Source: Erysipelothrix inopinata
Lineage (GTDB): Bacteria > Bacillota_I > Bacilli_A > Erysipelotrichales > Erysipelotrichaceae
Assembly (NCBI RefSeq): GCF_014396165.1
Contig: NZ_CP060715.1
Coordinates: 1,530,001-1,562,000 of the forward strand
Length of the DNA: 32,000 nucleotides
Direction of reading: 5' to 3'
Position numbers and translations under genes: made by a program. The notes under the pieces were generated by a model. The model ran no database searches, had not been told where the DNA came from, and worked only from the letters and a program-made list of their open reading frames with translations. Each line of letters begins with the position of its first letter. Positions within the stretch are counted from its first letter, which is position 1. Of the stretch, positions 1 through 7,071 are shown in pieces.

Positions 1-591
1 CTGATCAGAGTGCAAGATACATTCATATGTTGAATCCCACTCCGAAGTAAATACTAAATCTAAATTATCAAATACTAGTTTATTATCATTAAATTTTGAT
101 ACTGTATATGCTAGAATTGAATTATCATAAAGATCCTTAATGACGCTTATGAATAAGCGACCTTCTTTATGATAGATGTAACTGACATCAGTTACCAATT
201 TATGTAAAGGTCGATTGGCCTTAAACTGTCTGGCAAGAACGTTGTAGTGAACGTTTCTTGCCTTTTCATTTATTTCTTTTTGCGTACAACTCTCAAATCG
301 TTTCTTGCGTATTGGAGATTTTAGTCCTAGTATTTGCATGTAACGCAATACTGTTTTTCGATTAACGACCACTCCAAATTTTCGTTTTAGTTGATATGTA
401 ATATATCTATATCCTTTAAAAGTTTCTTTGAAGATTTCCTCTATTTTACAGGCAAGCCATTCATCCCAACATTTGTAAAGAGGTTTTCCATTTTCAAGCC
501 AACTATAAAATGATGCTCTTGATATATTGAAGTATTGGCATAACTCACTAACTGTGTAATCAATCCTAAGTTGGTCAATTGTTGTGTACAT
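1..591 (-). CDS. IS3-family transposase OrfB (DDE catalytic domain), C-terminally truncated by the window edge
   Basis: My own minus-strand translation gives MYTTIDQLRIDYTVSELCQYFNISRASFYSWLENG...HKLVTDVSYIYHKEGRLF...ECILHSDQ, open to base 1, so it is absent from the ORF track. The two Asp residues (LVTD, LHSD) are 60 residues apart, as in the first two DDE positions of IS3 transposases. Confidence 0.85.
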   Translation of the reverse strand, partial: MYTTIDQLRIDYTVSELCQYFNISRASFYSWLENGKPLYKCWDEWLACKIEEIFKETFKGYRYITYQLKRKFGVVVNRKTVLRYMQILGLKSPIRKKRFESCTQKEINEKARNVHYNVLARQFKANRPLHKLVTDVSYIYHKEGRLFISVIKDLYDNSILAYTVSKFNDNKLVFDNLDLVFTSEWDSTYECILHSDQ

Positions 592-923
592 TAGCGCTCT
601 TCGTAATCCCGAAGGAGCGCATTTAACTTTTTTAGAATATCATTCTCCATTCTAAGATAATGATTTTGTTCTTCTAAAGACATATCATCTAACCTAATAA
701 CTTTCGGTCTTCCAGTCGCTTTTTTACCTCTCATATCAATGCCTAATGAGGAAGGATCTTCATTGTACTTCTTAATCCAACTACGAATTTGAGCGTTTGA
801 TTTAAGTTCATATTTTTTTACAAGTTGATCAAGACCACCGCTTTTTCCACTTAAATAGTCTTCAACTACTTTTATCTTGAATTCAACTGTGTATTTATTA
901 TTAATTCTCCCTGTTTTTCCCAT
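591..923 (-). CDS. IS3-family transposase OrfA (helix-turn-helix DNA-binding part)
   Basis: This is track ORF 591..968. I prefer the ATG at 923 (MGKTGRINNKYTVEFK...) because GGAGG (938-934) lies 10 nt upstream. The C-terminus is leucine-zipper-like (LEEQNHYLRMENDILKKLNALL), as is typical of IS3 OrfA. Confidence 0.8.
   Translation of the reverse strand: MGKTGRINNKYTVEFKIKVVEDYLSGKSGGLDQLVKKYELKSNAQIRSWIKKYNEDPSSLGIDMRGKKATGRPKVIRLDDMSLEEQNHYLRMENDILKKLNALLRDYEER
627..633 (-). promoter_or_regulatory. Programmed -1 ribosomal frameshift heptamer A_AAA_AAG (OrfA to OrfAB fusion)
   Basis: The minus strand reads ATT CTA AAA AAG TTA in the orfA frame. The -1 frame downstream (AAA AAA GTT AAA TGC GCT CCT TCG GGA TTA CGA AGA GCG CTA ATG...) has no stop and runs straight into the orfB ATG at 591. 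Confidence 0.75.
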
Positions 924-1017
924 AAGAAAAGAACCTCCTAAAATAGATTTTCCCATGCTTTTCTTCATGTGTCTATTTTAATTGGTTCTCTTCAAATTTC
1001 TTGCTTTTTATATACCA

Positions 1018-1045
1018 AAAAGAAACGTAGCGAAACGTTTCTTTT
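1018..1045 (-). terminator. Intrinsic terminator of the kinase-like gene
   Basis: Stem AGAAACG (1021-1027) pairs with CGTTTCT (1036-1042) and is extended by A-T pairs. The A-run at 1017-1021 gives a U-tract on the minus strand. Confidence 0.6.
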
Positions 1046-1892
1046 ATTTAATATATAGAAGTTGCGAGATATTTGGATCTGTAAAGAGTTCCGTAAGACG
1101 CTGATACTTCAATTGTGCAATTTCTTGATAGATAGGAAGGGGCGACGATTCAAACATCATCATTGCCCACTCGCACCATAAGGTATGATGCGCGATTTCA
1201 AAGAGTTCAAGTCTTTGATAGTCAACTTCTGTAAGAGACCTTTGGAAATAGATATCATAAAATTGAGCGCGCAAATGTACATCCTGAATGTCGTTTTCAG
1301 TAATAAATGACATGATGTCAAAGAATGGGTCATTATCCATGGCATACTCATAATCAATTAAGTAGTCTTTATTATCAGTGAATAAAAGGTTTCCTGCCAC
1401 AAGGTCATTGTGACAAAGAATGTGATTGGACGAAATTTCAGCTGCGTGTTTTAGATAATCGAAAGCAAAAGAAGTATCATAAATTGGATTAGTGATACGA
1501 TTTTTATAATCATCAAATTTTTTAAGTAAGTCAAAATGAATTCCCGAAGTGAGATTTTGTTGATGTAAGGTTTTAATCAAGATTGCGGCTCTTTCGAGGT
1601 ACTGTGGTGAAAAAGTGTCATGATTGCCGATGTACTCATTAATTTTAATGCCGGATTTTGAATTGAAATAAACAAGTGGTGTATCGAGATGTGTATGTTC
1701 TAACATCTTTAAAACTTTTTGTTCATGTGCATAATTAAAAAGTCCGTGATTTTCAATTCGAGGAATACGAATGACAACATTGTGGTTTTGTGTGATAACA
1801 TGATAATTGTCATTTGTGAGTCCTGTTTTGATATATTCAATGGACAGAGGCTTTTCATTTAATATTTCATTAATAGTTCGTTCTATTTTCAT
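1044..1892 (-). CDS. Phosphotransferase-fold kinase (choline/ethanolamine kinase - aminoglycoside phosphotransferase superfamily, YtmP-like)
   Basis: The catalytic loop HNDLVAGNLL (HxDxxxxN) and the metal-binding IDYEYA motif are present. The start is set at the second ATG (1892, MKIERTINEIL) because an extended -10 box sits exactly 6 nt upstream, implying a leaderless mRNA. The track start at 1925 is the alternative. Confidence 0.65.
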   Translation of the reverse strand: MKIERTINEILNEKPLSIEYIKTGLTNDNYHVITQNHNVVIRIPRIENHGLFNYAHEQKVLKMLEHTHLDTPLVYFNSKSGIKINEYIGNHDTFSPQYLERAAILIKTLHQQNLTSGIHFDLLKKFDDYKNRITNPIYDTSFAFDYLKHAAEISSNHILCHNDLVAGNLLFTDNKDYLIDYEYAMDNDPFFDIMSFITENDIQDVHLRAQFYDIYFQRSLTEVDYQRLELFEIAHHTLWCEWAMMMFESSPLPIYQEIAQLKYQRLTELFTDPNISQLLYIK

Positions 1893-1942
1893 AGAACAAT
1901 TATAGCATAAGTGATATAATTTCATAGACCCAGGAGGTTAGT

Positions 1943-2527
1943 ATGAAACTTATTGTAGCAAGTCATAATAAAGGGAAGATAAATGAGTTCAAGGCATTGC
2001 TTGAACCGTTGGGATATGAAATACTGAGTGCATCGATGCTCGACATCGACATGTCTGGTGTTGTAGAAGATGGATTAACTTTCGCTGATAATGCGAGAAT
2101 TAAAACAAAATTCCTCTCTGACATCACAGGGATGGCTGTAGTAGCGGATGATTCAGGGTTATGTATCGAATCACTTCCAGATATCTTAGGTGTTCACTCA
2201 GCGCGTTTTATGGGTGAAGATACGGATTACCAAATTAAAAACAACGAAGTCTTACGTCTCTTAAAAGATAAAGAGAATCGTAATGCTTATTTCCACTCGT
2301 CAATTTCGTTATACGGTCTTGGCGTTGATGAAATTTTTGAAGGGGATGTGCATGGCGTCATTGCCGATGCAATTCAAGGTGAAGGTGGATTCGGATACGA
2401 CCCAATCTTTGTGCCCAATGGCTATGATCAAAGCTTTGGTACCATGGATTCTGATTTAAAGAATAAAATATCTCACCGTGCAATAGCACTTAAACAATTT
2501 ATAGAATATATGAAGGAAAACTCATGA
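1943..2527 (+). CDS. rdgB: Non-canonical purine NTP pyrophosphatase (dITP/XTP), Ham1/RdgB family
   Basis: The N-terminus is MKLIVASHNKGKINEF, and the FGYDPIF and ISHRA motifs are present. AGGAGG lies at 1932-1937. Confidence 0.9.
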   Translation: MKLIVASHNKGKINEFKALLEPLGYEILSASMLDIDMSGVVEDGLTFADNARIKTKFLSDITGMAVVADDSGLCIESLPDILGVHSARFMGEDTDYQIKNNEVLRLLKDKENRNAYFHSSISLYGLGVDEIFEGDVHGVIADAIQGEGGFGYDPIFVPNGYDQSFGTMDSDLKNKISHRAIALKQFIEYMKENS

Positions 2528-3225
2528 GAAGACGACTGTACTTATTAGCAATGATACTCTTTATTTTCGCAACCTTAATCACAACTGTTTTTGTAGCGTC
2601 ATTTAATCCTCGCTACTATACAAAAATGTATGACGAGCTTGCTGTATCAGAAACAATCGGAGTCTCTGACGAAGAATTGAAAGATGTTACGATAACACTT
2701 TTCCGTTACATTAAAGGAAAACAACCGTCACTTGATCACGAAGTAACGATTAATGGTCAACGTGTTGAAATGTTCAATGAACGTGAAAAAGCTCATATGG
2801 TTGATGTTAAGAACCTCTACTTAAAGGCGCGATTCATTCGGGATATCAGTATGATTTTTGTTGCTGTGATGCTTGTAATAAGCTTGGGGACAGGTGATTA
2901 CTTAGATTACAACCTCAATAAAAAAATTGTGAAAGAATCACTCTTGATTGTATCAGTTGTGATTATCACAGTTGGTGTTATGGCTGTACTTGATTTCACA
3001 ACATTCTGGATAACGTTCCACAAACTTGTGTTTACCAATGATCTGTGGCTCTTAGATCCCGCAACAGATCGAATGATATCAATGGTTCCAGAACCTGTGT
3101 TCATGGGACTTGTGTATCGTATTCTCGTGATGGTTCTTGCGGAATTCGCGGTTCTCACACTGGCATACTTTGGATTAGATTGGATGGATAAGAAAAATGA
3201 TTCACGTCGTACTATATCAGCCTGA
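2524..3225 (+). CDS. TIGR01906/DUF1461-family integral membrane protein (family that contains the lipoprotein intramolecular transacylase Lit)
   Basis: It has an N-terminal TM segment and C-terminal TM segments. The block FWITFHKLVFTNDLWLLDPATDRMISMVPEPVF matches the DUF1461 signature as I recall it. The ATGA overlap with rdgB suggests translational coupling. Confidence 0.55.
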   Translation: MRRRLYLLAMILFIFATLITTVFVASFNPRYYTKMYDELAVSETIGVSDEELKDVTITLFRYIKGKQPSLDHEVTINGQRVEMFNEREKAHMVDVKNLYLKARFIRDISMIFVAVMLVISLGTGDYLDYNLNKKIVKESLLIVSVVIITVGVMAVLDFTTFWITFHKLVFTNDLWLLDPATDRMISMVPEPVFMGLVYRILVMVLAEFAVLTLAYFGLDWMDKKNDSRRTISA

Positions 3226-3724
3226 AATACCACAAAACACCGGTAATATCATGCGTACTTGTGCAGCAAGTGGCGCAACATTGCATTTGATTGAACCCCT
3301 TGGCTTCATTTTGGATGAGAAACGTGTTAAACGAAGCGTTATGGATTATACTGATCAACTCGTTTTAAAAAGACACGACGATTGGGAATCGTTTTTACAA
3401 GAGGAAAAAGGTGCGTTATTCTTTCTAACCCGCTATGGTGATCATCCTCACAGTGATTTTGACTTTGCGTCACTTGACGAAGATATCTATCTCGTCTTTG
3501 GAAAAGAGAGTACCGGTATTCCTAAAGAAATTCTAAAAGAAAATATTGAACGTTGTTTTAGAATACCGATGGCTCCAGATGCTCGTAGCATGAACTTATC
3601 GAATACGGTTGCGATTACAGTGTTCGAGGTTCTACGTCAAAAAAACTATGAAGGGTTATCGATGCAAGAAGTTCAAAAAGGAAGTGACTTTTTGAGAAAC
3701 TGGACCCCTGATGAAAATCAATAA
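3197..3724 (+). CDS. trmL: tRNA (cytidine/uridine-34 2'-O)-methyltransferase TrmL (SpoU/TrmH class, CspR-like)
   Basis: MIHVVLYQPEIPQNTGNIMRTCAASGATLHLIEPLGF and the C-terminal RIPM...RSMNLSNTVAI knot motif are present. Confidence 0.85.
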   Translation: MIHVVLYQPEIPQNTGNIMRTCAASGATLHLIEPLGFILDEKRVKRSVMDYTDQLVLKRHDDWESFLQEEKGALFFLTRYGDHPHSDFDFASLDEDIYLVFGKESTGIPKEILKENIERCFRIPMAPDARSMNLSNTVAITVFEVLRQKNYEGLSMQEVQKGSDFLRNWTPDENQ

Positions 3725-4226
3725 GGAATCACAAACAAAGCTCATCTATTATTCGTGGATGTTCTATGCAATTTGTATGTGGTTTTCTTACCTTGTTTTT
3801 AATGCGAGAGTCGTACAAATTACTGAAGTGGAAGATGCCCTGAAAATATTCATGGAGGAACCACTTTTTGTCTTAAAGGTTGTCTCGTTGTATCTTGACT
3901 ATAAATTTCAACCGTTTCAACTGGCAATCAAAATTATCCAATTAGTACCACTACCACTTTATATCCTATTTTTCTTGTGGGTGACTTCTTTTTGGAAATC
4001 ACGAATCTTACTCAATATTATTGGAAACATAATTGCATTCATATCTTTAAATATTCTATTTCTAGGATCGGTAATTCTTGCAACGAATTCACTCAGTATT
4101 CCTGCCGCAACACAAATTATTCATACCGCATCGTGGATTTCAATTGTTATTTCTTTTGGAATGTTAATATGGATGTTGGTACGAATGACTTTGAATCTAT
4201 GCGAGTTCGTTGAAGTAAAAAAGTAA
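3711..4226 (+). CDS. Hypothetical polytopic membrane protein
   Basis: It has four to five hydrophobic segments and overlaps the end of trmL. I recognise no family motif. Confidence 0.5.
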   Translation: MKINKESQTKLIYYSWMFYAICMWFSYLVFNARVVQITEVEDALKIFMEEPLFVLKVVSLYLDYKFQPFQLAIKIIQLVPLPLYILFFLWVTSFWKSRILLNIIGNIIAFISLNILFLGSVILATNSLSIPAATQIIHTASWISIVISFGMLIWMLVRMTLNLCEFVEVKK

Positions 4227-4258
4227 ATTAACTATAATAATGACAATGAGGTGACATA

Positions 4259-4396
4259 ATGATAGAAAATATTAATGACTTTTTAAGTGTTATTGCGCTT
4301 GTCGCAATCGTGATAGGTACTATTTTTGGTGCTGTGAAGATGAATCGCGCCTTCAAAAAAGATGATAGCGACGATTACTATAGAGATCTTCTCTAA
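4259..4396 (+). CDS. Small single-pass membrane protein (45 aa), not in the ORF track
   Basis: My own translation gives MIENINDFLSVIALVAIVIGTIFGAVKMNRAFKKDDSDDYYRDLL. GAGGTGA lies at 4248-4254, 4 nt before the ATG. It fills an otherwise empty 180-nt gap and has a TM segment followed by a charged tail. Confidence 0.5.
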   Translation: MIENINDFLSVIALVAIVIGTIFGAVKMNRAFKKDDSDDYYRDLL

Positions 4397-4409
4397 TTGA
4401 GGTGAGATA

Positions 4410-4844
4410 ATGCAAAAAAATCAGCTTCGCCCGAAGAAAGGACCGAAACCTCTCGGACCTTATTCAACGGCAATTGAAATTAATCAGATGCTTTATATTT
4501 CGGCACAACTTCCTTTAAATGACGAAGGTGATGTGGTGGGTGATGATATCGCAGCACAAACACGTAAGGTTATCGATAATATTGAAGCAATCCTTAATTT
4601 TAGGAATCTTGAACTTGATCACGTAGTTAGTACTACAATATATTTACAAGACCTGGATGATTTCAACAAAGTTAATCAAATGATAGCGATTTATTTTAGT
4701 CATCCTTACCCTGTTCGTACCTGTATGGAAGTAACGCGTCTTCCCAAGAATGCACTTGTTCAAATTGAGTGTGTTGCATACACCGAAGGGGATTTTGTGT
4801 ATGAAGACGACGATGAAGAGTGTGATGGGTGTGCTTGTGAATAA
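4410..4844 (+). CDS. ridA: RidA/YjgF/TdcF-family enamine/imine deaminase with an extra acidic Cys-rich C-terminal tail
   Basis: GPYSTAIEINQMLYISAQLPL and RTCMEVTRLPKNALVQIECVAY match the RidA core. A GAGGTGAG RBS precedes the start. Confidence 0.8.
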   Translation: MQKNQLRPKKGPKPLGPYSTAIEINQMLYISAQLPLNDEGDVVGDDIAAQTRKVIDNIEAILNFRNLELDHVVSTTIYLQDLDDFNKVNQMIAIYFSHPYPVRTCMEVTRLPKNALVQIECVAYTEGDFVYEDDDEECDGCACE

Positions 4845-4866
4845 TTAAAGTTCATGAGGTGATGGT

Positions 4867-5292
4867 GTGTTGAATTGTATTGTAGGCTCTCAATTTGGAT
4901 GTAGTGTCTTATTTGCAAATGGACGGAAGCAAGAGTATTCATGTACAAGTTATGAATTTATGAATCATATCTGTGAAGCATACTTGGTTGACTTTAATTC
5001 AAGTCGGTTAATGTGTGCTAAAACACTAGCAATTCGTCATAAACCTCCTGTAGTGATATCTATTATGGATTGTTGTATTTATTTTCCAACACGAGGATAT
5101 TTAAATGACCGATGCATTTGGATTAATTACAGAAATGTAGTATCATTTTATAAGAAGGGAAATCACTCAACAAGTGTTTTATTTAGAGACAAAACACGTT
5201 ATGATGTTGATGTGGATATTCGTACGATTCGAAATCAAATGAATCGGTGCGAAACATTAATAGAGAGAAAAATTCAAATATGGAAAATTTAA
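4867..5292 (+). CDS. ComK-family (competence transcription factor-like) protein, short form, GTG start
   Basis: IRHKPPVVIS and IYFPTRGY resemble the HKPPIMV / LFPT blocks of B. subtilis ComK as I recall them. It is 141 aa versus about 190 aa for ComK. Confidence 0.5.
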   Translation: MLNCIVGSQFGCSVLFANGRKQEYSCTSYEFMNHICEAYLVDFNSSRLMCAKTLAIRHKPPVVISIMDCCIYFPTRGYLNDRCIWINYRNVVSFYKKGNHSTSVLFRDKTRYDVDVDIRTIRNQMNRCETLIERKIQIWKI

Positions 5293-6140
5293 AGCTGATT
5301 AAACCAAAACATCTTATCGGGGTGGCAGTGGGAGCGTTATTTTCTGCCATAGCCATTAAATCGTTTGTGCAACCTGCCAATCTTGTGCCGGCTGGAGTGG
5401 GCGGTGTTTCGATTATTTTAATCGAAGAATTCAAAATAGCCTCAGGAATCACCATTCCTTACGGATTTATGTTTTTGGGTATTAATATCATACTATTACT
5501 TTTTGTTTATAAAAAACTTGGAAAGAAGTTCTTAGCACTTTCATTCCTTCATGTTTTCTTAACATCATTTTTTGTAGAAGCACTTCCACAATTCCACATA
5601 ACACAAGATCCTATTCTTATGGCTGTGTTTGGTGGGGTTCTTAATGGTATTGGATCTTCGTTTGCACTTCGCATGAGTGGCTCTGCAGGTGGTACAGACT
5701 TTATTGCGATTTACTTCTCAATGGTTAAAAATAAACCGATGTGGGATCGTATCATGTACTTCAACGTAGCACTACTTGTATATTATGGATGGCGTTTCCA
5801 ATGGGAATTTGCACTTTATTCGATATTATACCAAGTGGTCTCAACGAAGGTTATTGAAACATACCATAATCGATATAAACTATCGAGCCTACGTATTATT
5901 ACGGGACATCCTGAGGATGTGTCAAATGCTGTCTTCCAAGTAACACGCCATGGTATCACAAAGCTTGACGGTATTGGTGTTTTCAAACATCAATACAAAG
6001 CAATGTTGTATATGGTAGTGAATGAATTTGAATTGAAATCAATCGTGGATTCAATAAAAGCAGCTGATCCAAAGGCATTTATTGAGATATCATCTGTAGA
6101 ACGTATTGAAGGTAACTACAGACAAAAACCACTTGAGTAA
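5280..6140 (+). CDS. YitT-family membrane protein (DUF161 repeats plus C-terminal DUF2179)
   Basis: It has the multi-TM N-terminal part with GGTDF, and the C-terminal soluble part ITKLDGIGVF...MLYMVV...KAADPKAFIEISSV. The start is taken at ATG 5280 (MENLKLIKPK); the track GTG at 5247 is the alternative. Confidence 0.75.
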   Translation: MENLKLIKPKHLIGVAVGALFSAIAIKSFVQPANLVPAGVGGVSIILIEEFKIASGITIPYGFMFLGINIILLLFVYKKLGKKFLALSFLHVFLTSFFVEALPQFHITQDPILMAVFGGVLNGIGSSFALRMSGSAGGTDFIAIYFSMVKNKPMWDRIMYFNVALLVYYGWRFQWEFALYSILYQVVSTKVIETYHNRYKLSSLRIITGHPEDVSNAVFQVTRHGITKLDGIGVFKHQYKAMLYMVVNEFELKSIVDSIKAADPKAFIEISSVERIEGNYRQKPLE

Positions 6141-6157
6141 TCATCTAATGTCATAAA

Positions 6158-6183
6158 AAAGTTCGGACTAAAATCCGAACTTT
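6158..6183. terminator. Bidirectional intrinsic terminator between convergent genes
   Basis: Stem AGTTCGGA (6160-6167) pairs with TCCGAACT (6174-6181). It is flanked by an A-run upstream and a T-run downstream. Confidence 0.75.
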
Positions 6184-6185
6184 AT

Positions 6186-6854
6186 TTATTTTTGATAGAA
6201 AGGTTTTGTGAATTTCATGATATCTTTTCCGAAAGCATCATGTGCAGAATAGAGTTCGAAGTGAGTGGAACTATCAAGTGCATCTTGAATAGTTTCTGCT
6301 GTATTTTGAAGTGTCTCTTCTTTATCGTCAAGACCTTTTACAACGATGCCGTAATGCGGTGCGTTGTTAACGATAACTTCTACAAGATAAGCTTCTTGAA
6401 TTTCTTTATTTGATTCAAAGAGATTTTTTAATTTGAATTGTAAGGATAACGCTTGCGTACCAACTGTTGCGAGCTGAACTGTTGCATCCTCTTGTTCTTC
6501 TAGAATCTGCATCATCATGTATTCATCGAGAATAAGATCATGTTGTCCGGGGTTAATGACACAGAATAGGTTTTCTTCTTGTACGAGGGGATACAGATCT
6601 TTTAGTGTTACTGGGATTGTTTCCAATGGGTCATCAGAGAAATTTTTAATACTTTCATCTTCTGTAAATACAGCAATATATTTTTGCTGATCTAAATCGA
6701 AGTTCAAGATAAGCTCATTTTCGTATGAGAGAGAACTTTCTGGGCTTTTCGCAATTAATAATGTTGCTTCTTTCAAAGTGTTCTCAAATATAATTTCATT
6801 CTTTTGTGAATAGTGGTTTTGTAATGATTCAATAGCTTGTGTTAATGTATTCAT
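6186..6854 (-). CDS. SseB-like (enhanced serine sensitivity protein family) hypothetical protein
   Basis: The overall layout (acidic, about 220 aa, YIAVFTEDESIKNF type block) recalls SseB-family proteins. The start is at 6854 (MNTLTQAIESL) with AAGGAG 5 nt upstream. Confidence 0.35.
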   Translation of the reverse strand: MNTLTQAIESLQNHYSQKNEIIFENTLKEATLLIAKSPESSLSYENELILNFDLDQQKYIAVFTEDESIKNFSDDPLETIPVTLKDLYPLVQEENLFCVINPGQHDLILDEYMMMQILEEQEDATVQLATVGTQALSLQFKLKNLFESNKEIQEAYLVEVIVNNAPHYGIVVKGLDDKEETLQNTAETIQDALDSSTHFELYSAHDAFGKDIMKFTKPFYQK

Positions 6855-6908
6855 GCTTGCTCCTTTTTTTACTTGCATATTTCATCTATATGCTATATGA
6901 TTATGAAG

Positions 6909-6997
6909 CGATTATCAAGAGTTGAGGTAGAGAGTTAGCTCATTAACCTCATACCAACCTGCTTAAAGTAAGGTGGTACAGCTAACAACGATAAGCT
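6909..6997 (+). promoter_or_regulatory. SAM-I (S-box)-like riboswitch aptamer upstream of metK
   Basis: P1 is TTATC (6912-6916) pairing with GATAA (6990-6994). AAGAG follows P1. P2 is TGAGG (6923-6927) pairing with CCTCA (6947-6951). CAACC (6956-6960), a P3 hairpin and the GCTAA junction (6981-6985) are present. A possible promoter is TTGCAT-17-TATGAT at 6873-6901. Confidence 0.7.
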
Positions 6998-7010
6998 TGT
7001 ATCGAATTAT

Positions 7011-7042
7011 AAGCCTTAGTGTTGTTGCTAGGACTTTTTTTT
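7011..7042 (+). terminator. Riboswitch-controlled intrinsic terminator
   Basis: Stem AAGCCTTAG (7011-7019) pairs with CTAGGACTT (7028-7036) with one mismatch and one G-T pair. T8 follows. It lies 30 nt before the metK ATG. Confidence 0.7.
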
Positions 7043-7071
7043 ATGTCGTTAGAAAAGAGGCTAGTATAGTT

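Larger units (their letters stand above)
1..1017 (-). mobile_element. IS3-family insertion sequence, truncated by the left window edge (orfA plus about two-thirds of orfB present; inner end approximate)
   Basis: Two consecutive minus-strand ORFs (HTH-type OrfA, DDE-type OrfB) overlap as TAATG, with an A_AAA_AAG slippery site near the end of orfA. The inner end is placed where the minus strand reads TGGTATATAAAAAGC (starts at 1017). That is only a TG-type terminus guess, because the other end is outside the window. Confidence 0.8.

Noticed and set aside
2907-3233. 108-aa minus-strand ORF
   Set aside because: It lies entirely antisense to the DUF1461 membrane protein gene and the trmL start, and has no RBS or motif.
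6973-7071. 33-codon N-terminal extension of the metK ORF as given in the track
   Set aside because: The extension would be translated through the riboswitch P3/P1 strand and the T8 terminator. The conserved MetK N-terminus (MEYVYFTSESVTDGHPDK) starts at ATG 7072, which has its own AGAGG.
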